Notes under the pieces: model-generated
What the model was told of the DNA's origin: nothing
The model's input: only the letters and a program-made list of their open reading frames with translations
Database searches by the model: none
Shown: one piece after another, positions 9,062 to 17,717 of the stretch
Position numbering within the stretch: position 1 is the first letter of the stretch
Layout of the letters: every line of letters starts with the position of its first letter
NCBI GenBank assembly: GCA_026396705.1
Contig: JAPLWE010000036.1
Location: forward strand, 1-38,175
Source: Candidatus Gribaldobacteria bacterium
Lineage (GTDB): Bacteria; Patescibacteriota; Minisyncoccia; Minisyncoccales; CG1-02-41-26
Direction: 5' to 3'
Length of the DNA: 38,175 nt
Program-made: the position numbers and the translations under genes

Positions 9062-10873
9062 TTAGTCTTTGAGCATTTCTAAGAAAACTTTAGGCGGGAT
9101 TCTCACTTGACCCTTGCTTTGCAATTCTTTTTTGCCTTTTTTCTGGATATCCAAAAGCTTTCTTTTACGAGTAACATCTCCTCCATAAAGCGGAGCAGTA
9201 ACATCTTTACGACGAGCTGAAATACTTTCGCGGGCTATTATTTTACTACCCACTGTTGCTTGTAAGCTCACTAAAAATTGCTGAGAAGGTAAAACATCTT
9301 TAAGTTTTAGTAAAAACTTTCTGCTGATCTCATAAGCCTTTCCTTTTGGCACAATTCTAGAAAAGGGCTCACAAAGCTCATTAGCTATTAAAATATCAAG
9401 TTTTACTAGATCATTACTACGATACCCCGTCTGTTCAAAGCTAAATGAGCCATAACCCTCGGTAATGGTTTTCATTTTATCATAAAAATCACCGCTAATA
9501 ATTTCTCTTAAAGGAGCTTGCGCTATTAAAATTGACTTCTGAATAGTTAAAAACTTCGTTTCTTGCAAAGAAATATCAAAATTCTGCAGAATTGGAAAAA
9601 GCTGACTGATATAATTATTAGGAGTGATAATTTCTAAATTTACCCAGGGTTCACTAGCTTCTTGAATAACAGTTTCTTCAGGCCAAAGCGAAGGCGAAGA
9701 AATCATTGAGCTCTGACCGTTTTTAGTAATTACCTTAAAAATAACTTGTGGCGCCGTTGTGACCAATTCTAAGTCAAATTCTGCCTTAAGGCGTCGAACA
9801 GTAATCTCGGCGTGCAAGGAACCCAGAAAGCCTACCTTAAAACCTCTACCTAAAGCCATTTTAGAATCAGTGGCAAAAATTAAAGCTGGGTCGCTTAAGC
9901 GTAATTTTTCTAAACTATCTTTAAGGCGGTCAAAATCATCGGCATTATAAGGAAACAAACTTAAATAAAGAACGGGTTGTGGCTCTTTATATCCAGCCAA
10001 GGGTTCCCCCGCCTCATAACGATATCCGATATCAGCAATTCCTGTAATGGTTTCGCCTACTTTAACTTTAGCTGGCACTTTAATGCCAGTTTTTATATAG
10101 CCAATGTCGCCTGGCCCCAAAAAGGGCGTAGCAACAAGATGAGGTATAAAATAACCAACCTCTTTACTTTCACATTGATAGTCAGCCCGAACAAAGGTTA
10201 TTTTATCTCCAGCAGTTATCTTCCCCTCAAAAACACGCACATAAGCTATCACTCCCGAAAAAGGGTCGTATTTAGAATCAAACACCAAGGCCTTTAGTGG
10301 TTTATTGATATCCGATACCAAGGGACAAGGCACTTTTTCAATAACTGCTCGCAAAAGCGTCTCAACATTTTCGCCTGTTTTGCCAGAAATTAAAAATATT
10401 TCCTCGGGATTAATATTAAGCACTTCAGCTAATTCCTGTCTAGTTTGCTCAACACGAGCTTGAGGTAAATCAATTTTATTAACAGCGCCAATAATTATCA
10501 AGCCCTGCTTTTGCGCTTGGCTTAAATTATGAAGCGTTTGAGCTTGTATGCCCTTAACCGCATCAACCAGTAATAAAGCGCCCTCTACGCAAGCCAATGC
10601 TCGAGATATTTCATACGAGAAATCAATGTGGCCAGGAGTATCAATTAAATTAAGGATATAACTGTTGCCTCCCGCTTGATAGTTAAGGCGAACTGGGTGC
10701 ATTTTTATAGTAATCCCCTTTTCGCGTTCTAAAGCCATTGAATCTAAAAACTGTTCTTTCATTTTATCCTTGCTGATTGTGCCGGTAATTTCTAAAAGCC
10801 TATCCGCTAAAGTGGACTTGCCATGATCGATGTGACTGATTATCACAAAGTTGCGCATATTATCTCTTTCCAT
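9062..10873 (-). CDS. lepA: Elongation factor 4 (LepA)
   Basis: RNFVIISHIDHGKSTLADR, LIDTPGH, NKID, GFLGSLH, RKDVTAPLYGGDVTRKRKLL. Start moved to ATG 10873 because the longer ORF runs through a repeat and murJ. Confidence 0.96.
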   Translation of the reverse strand: MERDNMRNFVIISHIDHGKSTLADRLLEITGTISKDKMKEQFLDSMALEREKGITIKMHPVRLNYQAGGNSYILNLIDTPGHIDFSYEISRALACVEGALLLVDAVKGIQAQTLHNLSQAQKQGLIIIGAVNKIDLPQARVEQTRQELAEVLNINPEEIFLISGKTGENVETLLRAVIEKVPCPLVSDINKPLKALVFDSKYDPFSGVIAYVRVFEGKITAGDKITFVRADYQCESKEVGYFIPHLVATPFLGPGDIGYIKTGIKVPAKVKVGETITGIADIGYRYEAGEPLAGYKEPQPVLYLSLFPYNADDFDRLKDSLEKLRLSDPALIFATDSKMALGRGFKVGFLGSLHAEITVRRLKAEFDLELVTTAPQVIFKVITKNGQSSMISSPSLWPEETVIQEASEPWVNLEIITPNNYISQLFPILQNFDISLQETKFLTIQKSILIAQAPLREIISGDFYDKMKTITEGYGSFSFEQTGYRSNDLVKLDILIANELCEPFSRIVPKGKAYEISRKFLLKLKDVLPSQQFLVSLQATVGSKIIARESISARRKDVTAPLYGGDVTRKRKLLDIQKKGKKELQSKGQVRIPPKVFLEMLKD

Positions 10874-10886
10874 AAAATAAAATGTA

Positions 10887-10924
10887 GGACTTATGGTGAT
10901 GTTAGGGGCTCGGAGAGTTAGTTT
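10887..10924 (-). repeat. Family-1 intergenic element, partial copy A (left arm only; contains the murJ stop codon)
   Basis: gacttatggtgatgttaggggctcggagagttagttt matches the left end of the full copies. Confidence 0.85.
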
Positions 10925-12585
10925 AATTGTAGCTTTTTTTTCAAAAAAGTTAATAGCTCTTTGCATAAAATAATCGGCTCTTTAACGCCCAATAGCCAAC
11001 AAGTTGTCAGGTAAACTGCTCCGGAAAACACAACCGTTAAAAACGCCTGCAAAAATATGCCCAAAACTGTATTAACAATTAAAAATGCTGCGCCTACCCT
11101 CAAAAAAATATAAGCGCTTGCCGACATTATCAAACAAGCCAGTAAAATTTTTATAATAAAAGAACGATCAAACAATGATTTGCCAGAAATATTTATTTTT
11201 CTTTGCAAACTATTTGATAACCAAAAAAATTGAATAATGGTGGAGAAAGATAAGGCCAGTGGCAAGGCTAAAATTGATAAATTATCTATGCCTTTTAGCT
11301 TAAACAAAAAAGAGAAAAAATTAGCAATCGCTTGATGGCTTGCTAGTAATTTCACCAATAACCACGCTGAAAGCAAGTTCAATAAAACCGACCAAACAGC
11401 AATTTTTACAGGTGTTTTGGTGTCATGTAAAGCATAAAACGCTCTAGCTAAAAGAGGAATCAAGCAAGCGGCAAAAATAGACAAGGAAAAAATTCCCAAA
11501 GCAGCCGCCGTCAAACGAGTTTCCCACCAGCCGAAGTAACCAGAGGCAGTTAACTGCGTGCCGTATAAAATTCTAATGATTTGCGCTCTTAAAATAAACA
11601 TCAAGCAACTTACTGGCGCAACGCATAAAATAACTTTTCTCAATACAGGCGAAATTGCGCTAAAAAACTTATCTTTATTGCCAGCAGCCGCATAACGGGA
11701 AAGAATTGGAAAAATAACAGCCGCAAATGGCACGCCAATCAAGCTCACTGGCACACCATAAAGATTGTTTGATAAATTAAAAATCTTGATAGAGCCAACC
11801 GCCAACATAGAGGCAATAGCAGTAAGTATTACTAAATTTAATTGATAGGCGGCCGATCCAAAAACGCGTGGTGTCATTAGCTTAAAAATTTTCCGCAATT
11901 CAGATGAGCGAAAATCAATTAATAACCGTGGGCTAAATCCCATTCTTAAAAGAGGGGGCACTTGAATTAAAAGATGCATCCCAGCCCCTAAAACAACCCC
12001 CCAAGCCAATCCCAAAAGCCCCATTTTTGGGAAAAAAAACAAAAGCCCAATAATAATACCCAAATTATAAAACAAAGGAGCCAATGAAAAAGCGACAAAA
12101 AAATTAAAATACTGCAAAACAGAAGAAAAAATCGCTGAAACGCCCAGGGCAATCGGACTGAAAAACATTATTCTAACTAAAGCGACGGTTTGCAACTTTT
12201 GTGGCAAAGAAAAGCCCGGCGCTATAACTTTGACGATTAGGGGCGCGAAAATAGCTAACAAAACAGATAAAATTACCAAGAATAAACCAAAAACAGTAAA
12301 AACATTATTAAACAAACGACGGGCTTCTGTCTGACTATTCTGAAAGGAATGAGCAAAAACCGGCAAAAAAGCCGCCACCACTCCCCCTGTAATTAAAAGC
12401 CCATAAACAAAATCAGGAATACGAAAAGCAGCCCAATAAACATCCGCTTGAGCATTACTTAAAAAGTTAGCCAATAGATTATCTCTTAAAATAGCTAAGC
12501 CATACCCTAAAAAAGTAGCAATTGAAACAAAAAAGACCGCTTTGTTAACGGTATGAGTTTGAAAATTTAAAATTTTCTTTAACAT
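10918..12585 (-). CDS. murJ: Lipid II flippase MurJ (MviN)
   Basis: ADVYWAAFRIPDF, LAWGVVLG, RAFYALHDTKTPV motifs; polytopic membrane protein. Confidence 0.92.
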   Translation of the reverse strand: MLKKILNFQTHTVNKAVFFVSIATFLGYGLAILRDNLLANFLSNAQADVYWAAFRIPDFVYGLLITGGVVAAFLPVFAHSFQNSQTEARRLFNNVFTVFGLFLVILSVLLAIFAPLIVKVIAPGFSLPQKLQTVALVRIMFFSPIALGVSAIFSSVLQYFNFFVAFSLAPLFYNLGIIIGLLFFFPKMGLLGLAWGVVLGAGMHLLIQVPPLLRMGFSPRLLIDFRSSELRKIFKLMTPRVFGSAAYQLNLVILTAIASMLAVGSIKIFNLSNNLYGVPVSLIGVPFAAVIFPILSRYAAAGNKDKFFSAISPVLRKVILCVAPVSCLMFILRAQIIRILYGTQLTASGYFGWWETRLTAAALGIFSLSIFAACLIPLLARAFYALHDTKTPVKIAVWSVLLNLLSAWLLVKLLASHQAIANFFSFLFKLKGIDNLSILALPLALSFSTIIQFFWLSNSLQRKINISGKSLFDRSFIIKILLACLIMSASAYIFLRVGAAFLIVNTVLGIFLQAFLTVVFSGAVYLTTCWLLGVKEPIILCKELLTFLKKKLQLN

Positions 12586-12612
12586 TGACAAAAATTAAAT
12601 GCTTGTTATAAT
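12585..12612 (+). promoter_or_regulatory. rnpB promoter
   Basis: TTGACA-N16-TATAAT with an extended -10 TG, 6 nt before the P1 helix. Confidence 0.8.
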
Positions 12613-12618
12613 TAAAAT

Positions 12619-13103
12619 GCCTTAGCAAATTAAGCAACTGCTGTGTTTATAATAACAAATTATGAGCACAGAGGAAAGTCCGAACTCCCCCAAGCGTATA
12701 ATTTATGCGTTTGGAGCAAGGTAGTGGGTAACACCCGCACGCGGTAACGCGAGAGTTGCGAGCAGAGACGCTCCAAGCTGAAAAGCAAAGAGCACCAAGA
12801 AATTTTCTTGGTGAATCTCGAGGGAAACCTTGAGGGTGAAACGGCTAAATACTTACCTGGGAGCAAGAGCAAACCAGACAGGAAATGCAGAGGTCGAAAA
12901 TACCGAGGGCAGACCTCCCTTAAACTGAATATTATATTTATTCAAATTAGAGGAGGTCTGCCCTCGGTATTTTTGACCCGACCTCTGCATTTCCTGTCTG
13001 GAAAAGTAGCTCGCATGACCCTAACAGCAATGTTAGGGCTAGATAAATGGTTGCACTCTGCTTTAAGCAGAGCACAGAATTCGGCTTACAAATTTGCTAA
13101 GGT
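12619..13103 (+). ncRNA. rnpB: RNase P RNA with a 128-nt hairpin insertion
   Basis: GAGGAAAGTCCGAACTC (CR-I), GGTGAAACGG, GGGAGCAAG, AGATAAATG, ACAGAATTCGGCTTA (CR-V); terminal P1 CCTTAGCAAATT/AATTTGCTAAGG. Confidence 0.95.
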
Positions 13104-13532
13104 TTTTTGTTTATTTTTTTGATCAAGCGCTTCATTAACCAAGTGGTCAGCTGCGCTGTTTTGTTCACGAGGTATCGCCACAAAATTAACAATTGAAAAA
13201 TCAATCAATAAATTCCAAGCCTCTAGAAATAGTGGCTGGATTTTTTCGCCATTTATTTTATAGCGATGAGATAATTGACGCACTAAAAGCTCTGAATCTG
13301 ACCTTACCTCAAAAACATACTGCTTAAGATTCTCTTTACCAAAAATCTGCTTGGCTTTTTTCAAAGCAAAAATTAAACCGCCATATTCGGCTTCATTATT
13401 GGTGGCAATGCCCATAGTTTCCCCGTAGCTCTTAATAACAACCCCATTCTCGCGACTAAAAACAACGCCAAAAGCAGCTGGTCCGGGATTGCCCCTTGAG
13501 CCACCATCAATATTAATTATTATTTTTTCCAT
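13086..13532 (-). CDS. rnhA: Ribonuclease HI family protein
   Basis: IDGGSRGNPGPA, TNNEAEY, DSELLVRQL, PREQNSAADHLVN. Confidence 0.9.
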   Translation of the reverse strand: MEKIIINIDGGSRGNPGPAAFGVVFSRENGVVIKSYGETMGIATNNEAEYGGLIFALKKAKQIFGKENLKQYVFEVRSDSELLVRQLSHRYKINGEKIQPLFLEAWNLLIDFSIVNFVAIPREQNSAADHLVNEALDQKNKQKTLANL

Positions 13533-14682
13533 ACATTTCATTAAAATATTTTTCTAAACATTTTTTTAAGTCATCTACATTCTCGCTACTCACCGTGAAC
13601 CCCGCGGCTGGCGGATGACCGCCATACATCAAAAGCAATGAAGCGCAACTTTTTAAGGCCACCACAGCGTCTATATTTTTTGGCACACGCACAGAGCCGC
13701 GGCATTTCTGAATATCTCTCTTAAAAATAAAAGTTGGTTTTTTATATTTATTGCAAATCCGTGAAGCAATCGCCCCAGAAAAAACCCTCTGCCATGACTC
13801 ATCTCCCTCAAAGATAATTGGCGAGAGAGATTGTTGGGCTCTTTGAGAAACGATTTCCGTAATTTCATAGATTTCTTGATTGCGCTTATCAGCTTCGCTT
13901 AAAAGCTTTTTAGCTAAAACCATAGCCTCTTCTTGAGAAGCGGTCTTTAGTAGAAGATAACATTCGGTAAGATGGTTAGTTACTGGGGAGATGTTAAGAA
14001 TAAGCGATAACTTTTTAAAAATTTCCCGGGCTGAACTTTCGCCAAGAACAGCTACCTGTATCATCGCTTTTAAGCCCGGTCTTTGGGTTTGCTTAATAGT
14101 GGCGGCTCCTTTGCCCACTAAAACTGCGTTTAAGTCTTCCTCGGGCATCATGTCAGCGATAGTGCCTAAAGCCGCTAACTCGGCAAAGCTTTGCTCTAAA
14201 AAACTGCTGAAGTTTTTGCCTAATAAAAACTGACTCAACCGATAAACCAAACAAACAGTAGTTAGCTTTTTGAAAGGATAATGGTCGCCTTTTTGCTTGG
14301 GATCAATAATTAAATCGGCCTTAGGTAGGGCATCTAAAATCTCATGATGATCAATAACAATAGTTGTAAAGCCCATGGCTTTAGCGATAAGTAATTCTTC
14401 AAAATTGCCAATACCGCAATCCACTACTATTAACAAAGCTGGGGCGTGCACCTTGAGCGCTTGCAAGGCCTGCTTATTAAGACCATAATCAGAGCTTTCC
14501 CATTCAGAAAAATAAACAAGCAAATCAGCTGTGGGATTAACATTTCTGATCGCTTCTTCAAGCAATAAAGCCGAGGTTGAGCCATCTAAATCAGCGTCGC
14601 CAAAAATAACAATCTTGCCATTTTTAGCAAGTGTTTTTTTAATTAAGTCAGCCGCTTTTTTTAAGTTTTTTATTTCTTTCAT
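13513..14682 (-). CDS. recJ: RecJ-like DHH/DHHA1 ssDNA exonuclease (short form)
   Basis: FGDADLDG, VVDCGI, IDHH, ALGTIADMMP, RGSVR, YGGHPPAAGF; 389 aa, apparently without the C-terminal extension. Confidence 0.75.
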   Translation of the reverse strand: MKEIKNLKKAADLIKKTLAKNGKIVIFGDADLDGSTSALLLEEAIRNVNPTADLLVYFSEWESSDYGLNKQALQALKVHAPALLIVVDCGIGNFEELLIAKAMGFTTIVIDHHEILDALPKADLIIDPKQKGDHYPFKKLTTVCLVYRLSQFLLGKNFSSFLEQSFAELAALGTIADMMPEEDLNAVLVGKGAATIKQTQRPGLKAMIQVAVLGESSAREIFKKLSLILNISPVTNHLTECYLLLKTASQEEAMVLAKKLLSEADKRNQEIYEITEIVSQRAQQSLSPIIFEGDESWQRVFSGAIASRICNKYKKPTFIFKRDIQKCRGSVRVPKNIDAVVALKSCASLLLMYGGHPPAAGFTVSSENVDDLKKCLEKYFNEMYGKNNN

Positions 14683-14690
14683 AAGTGGAG

Positions 14691-14764
14691 TTTACAATGA
14701 TGTTAGGGGCTCGGACAACTAATTTCAAAGAGACGCTCACTCGCTCCAGCGGCTGTAAGTCATA
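14691..14764 (-). repeat. Family-1 element, internally deleted copy B
   Basis: The left half (tgatgttaggggctcggacaactaatttcaaagagacgctcactcgctccagcggc) is joined directly to the right terminus tgtaagtcata. Confidence 0.88.
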
Positions 14765-14769
14765 TTATA

Positions 14770-15951
14770 TTAATAAAGACCAAGGGCTTCCAAGCCGGGG
14801 AGTTTTTCGCCAGCTAAAAAGTCTAACATCGCTCCCCCGCCAGTAGAAATAAAAGAAAAATTGTCAGTTAAATTAAACTTTCTTAAGGCCGCCACTGTTT
14901 CCCCTCCGCCAGCCAGCTTTAGCGAGGCGCGGGATTTGGCAATAGCCAAGGCAACATCTCTGGTGCCATGACTAAATGGCTCAACTTCAAACAGTCCCAA
15001 TGGCCCCGCCCAAAAAACTGTTTGAGCTTGAGCTATAATCTCTTTATAAACATTAACTGTTTCTGGGCCAATGTCAAAAATATCTTCATCTCGCCTAACA
15101 CTTGCCGGGCCAGTTTGCCTAATAATCCCCTGGCCACTTTGATCGCAAGACGCCAAAACATCTAATGGTAAATAAATCTTTTGGTCAGTAAGATTAATTT
15201 CTTTGACCATTTCAATTTCTTCAACTGGCAATAAAGGATGACTTGGCCATAGGCCCTTAGCTGATAATATTGTATTAGCGGTCTCGCCAGCTAGAAGCAA
15301 ATAATCCGCCATTGCTAAAAATTCTTTAATTACTTTAAGTTTTGACTCTGTTTTATTGCCACCAATTAAAACCACTAGGGGGCGGGGCGGATTTTGCAAA
15401 ATTTGTGAAAGAAAATTGAATTCTTTAGTTAATTCTGGTCCAGCCAAACAAGGCAACTCTTTAGCTAAAGCCACTATTGAGGCATGAGCGCGATGGCAAA
15501 CACTAAAGGCTTCATTAACGAAAACATCTCCCAAACTAGCTAATTGTTTGGCAAATTTAAGCGAGTTCTGTTCTTCTCCCTTATCAAATCTTAAATTTTC
15601 TAAAAGCAAAATTTCGCCAGGCTTCATTTTCTTGACCATTTGTCGAACAAAACGGCCTTTATTCTTTTTGCTAAACAAAACTTTTTCATGAAGAAGCTCA
15701 CTCAATCTTTGACCAATTGGTTTTAGGGTTAATTGTTTTTTTCTTTTTCTTTTATTTTTAATACTCTGTGGCTCGCCTAGGTGACTAATAAGAATAATAA
15801 TAGCCCCAGCTTTTCTTAAAAAAAAGATAGTAGAAAGAGCCCTTTGTAGACGAAAATCATCTAAGATTTTTCCTTGAGAATCCAGCGGCACGTTAAAATC
15901 ACACCGCAAAAGAACTTTTTTACCAAAAAAATTAAAATCTTGAAAGCTCAT
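14770..15951 (-). CDS. pgk: Phosphoglycerate kinase
   Basis: LLRCDFNVP, SHLG, LLENLRF, HRAHAS, GPLGLFE, ISTGGGAML; likely start ATG 15951. Confidence 0.95.
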   Translation of the reverse strand: MSFQDFNFFGKKVLLRCDFNVPLDSQGKILDDFRLQRALSTIFFLRKAGAIIILISHLGEPQSIKNKRKRKKQLTLKPIGQRLSELLHEKVLFSKKNKGRFVRQMVKKMKPGEILLLENLRFDKGEEQNSLKFAKQLASLGDVFVNEAFSVCHRAHASIVALAKELPCLAGPELTKEFNFLSQILQNPPRPLVVLIGGNKTESKLKVIKEFLAMADYLLLAGETANTILSAKGLWPSHPLLPVEEIEMVKEINLTDQKIYLPLDVLASCDQSGQGIIRQTGPASVRRDEDIFDIGPETVNVYKEIIAQAQTVFWAGPLGLFEVEPFSHGTRDVALAIAKSRASLKLAGGGETVAALRKFNLTDNFSFISTGGGAMLDFLAGEKLPGLEALGLY

Positions 15952-15952
15952 A

Positions 15953-17254
15953 CTACACTGGTAAATTAGGTGGCGGGCCGAATTTTTTGGCCATAATGCG
16001 TGGCACGCCAGCCGGCAAATTAGCCGCATTACTAGGAAAGTGAAAAATAGTGGCAATTTCCTCGGCATTAAGCAACATATTACCCGGCCCCCACATTTCA
16101 GGAAACATCGGCGGAAGACGCCTCACATAAAGGTCAAAAATTTTCTTCTTACGAGTATAAACCCGCCGTTTGCGGAAAAAATAATGGATTTTAGTTTTTT
16201 CTTTACTCCAATCCCTCATACTTTGCATATCATTGCCAAAGTGCACCAAATATGAACGAGGTATTCTCTTGTTGGGACTAACATAAGCGTCTTTAGTATA
16301 GATATATACCGAGCGCATAAAAACCTTAAAGCCCAGCTGGCTAATTTTGGTCTCAACCGCGGCTAATTTTTCTCTTTCGCCGGGAGTTAACTTCATTTCC
16401 GGCGGAATAATTGATTCGGCCTTGGCTTCGTCTGAATAAGGTTGTTTGCCTAAAACAGCCAGCTTGATAGTTTCACCAATCATTGATTGACGAGGCGCCT
16501 TTTCACCTCGCCGGGCAATCTTGTCAGCCAATGCCCGGCCTTCATCAAGCCAAGGTATATCATTATTACTGATAGGCGTTAAATTTATCTGATACCACAA
16601 TTGTTCGCCTTCTTTTAACTTAACCATTGCCTCCATTAGGTTGGAAAAAGGGTCAAGCTTTTTTTCTTGATCAACTTCTTCTGGCCTGATTTCAAAATAT
16701 TTATATGTCTTGATAGGATAAGAATAAGGCTTGGAGGTAGTTAAATACTCTCCATAAAGATCATAGGTATCATTAGGAATGTCTTGTGAAATATTTTGCG
16801 TGTAATCTTCTACTTCAAAAATTTCAATTTCTGGATAATGCGTATGAAAAATAGACGAAACAAAATCTTTTTGATCTTTTAAGATACGCATATAAAAATG
16901 CACCTGTCCCTCAATGCTAACAATTTCAAAAGTAAGCCAAAACGGCCCGCCAATCATTTCGCCTTCACACCAGCGTTCTCGCCAATTAGCGCCATCATAG
17001 ATTGGCCACAAAGCGGTAATGATATCCTCCATAGCTAGATAGGGCTTTAGGACTTCGCCTGGCGGAATCAATTCTAATAAAATCCATTTTTCTTCTTTAT
17101 ACCAAACTTCCCAGCGAATCCACCAAAAGTGGAAAAATCGAGCGGGAAAATAAAAAATAAACGGTAGTATTAACCACCACCAAGTTAAGAAAAAGGCCCA
17201 AGCTAGTGAGAGTATAATGCCTATAAATGAATCATAGAAACCAACAACTGTCAT
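15953..17254 (-). CDS. Hypothetical membrane-anchored protein
   Basis: 433-aa ORF with an N-terminal Trp-rich TM region and a C-terminal EEIATIFHFP motif; function not recognised. Confidence 0.8.
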   Translation of the reverse strand: MTVVGFYDSFIGIILSLAWAFFLTWWWLILPFIFYFPARFFHFWWIRWEVWYKEEKWILLELIPPGEVLKPYLAMEDIITALWPIYDGANWRERWCEGEMIGGPFWLTFEIVSIEGQVHFYMRILKDQKDFVSSIFHTHYPEIEIFEVEDYTQNISQDIPNDTYDLYGEYLTTSKPYSYPIKTYKYFEIRPEEVDQEKKLDPFSNLMEAMVKLKEGEQLWYQINLTPISNNDIPWLDEGRALADKIARRGEKAPRQSMIGETIKLAVLGKQPYSDEAKAESIIPPEMKLTPGEREKLAAVETKISQLGFKVFMRSVYIYTKDAYVSPNKRIPRSYLVHFGNDMQSMRDWSKEKTKIHYFFRKRRVYTRKKKIFDLYVRRLPPMFPEMWGPGNMLLNAEEIATIFHFPSNAANLPAGVPRIMAKKFGPPPNLPV

Positions 17255-17270
17255 AGATTATTTTCTTAGT

Positions 17271-17445
17271 AGGGCTTGCGCTAATGTTTGGGACTCGGAG
17301 AGTTAGTTTCAAGGAGACGCTCACTCGCTCCGGCGGCTCGTTCGCTTAGTTTTCGGCCTTATTTTCCGCCAGTAAGCGGAACCAAGCAAATAGGCCTCAA
17401 AATACTCCTTGAAACTAACTTCCTCGCCCCAAACGCGCAAGCCTT
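17271..17445 (-). repeat. Family-1 element, full copy C
   Basis: Near-identical to 29404-29576, 32284-32458 and 37647-37815; ends GGCTTGCGC/GCGCAAGCC are complementary. Confidence 0.95.
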
Positions 17446-17451
17446 AAAAGA

Positions 17452-17676
17452 TTATTTTCCGTAAATGTAAAAAAATAAATAAACCAAAGTAAAAATCAAA
17501 ACACAAAACGAAAAAACATTGAATATATGCAGGGCGGCTACTTGAATGCCGGTCATAACATTCTGACGATTAACCACATCACGATTAGTCCATAAGAAAC
17601 AAAGGTAAGCGAAGACAGCAAAAATAACTAAGCCCAGGCCAATTAAAAGATATACCCAAAAAGATAGTAAAGCCAT
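17452..17676 (-). CDS. Small 2-TM membrane protein
   Basis: 74-aa ORF with two hydrophobic helices that fills the gap. Confidence 0.7.
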   Translation of the reverse strand: MALLSFWVYLLIGLGLVIFAVFAYLCFLWTNRDVVNRQNVMTGIQVAALHIFNVFSFCVLIFTLVYLFFYIYGK

Positions 17677-17680
17677 ATAA

Positions 17681-17717
17681 TTAAAAAACTCTATAATTTA
17701 ATTATAGAGTTTTTTAA
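17681..17717. terminator. 37-bp palindrome, probable bidirectional terminator
   Basis: ttaaaaaactctataatt-t-aattatagagttttttaa, overlapping the stop codon of the upstream gene. Confidence 0.6.

Noticed and set aside
10874-10966. N-terminal extension of the lepA ORF (…KLTLRAPNIT…)
   Set aside because: It translates repeat copy A and overlaps murJ. The same peptide appears in the false extension at 37642-37698.
12660-13122. ORFs 12660..12872 (-) and 12808..13122 (+)
   Set aside because: Both fall within the RNase P RNA. The insert has no homing-endonuclease-like ORF.
15952-16068. 5' extension of pgk (also those of secF, secA and murB in the ORF track)
   Set aside because: These overlap upstream genes or structured intergenic DNA, and homology starts at downstream ATGs.
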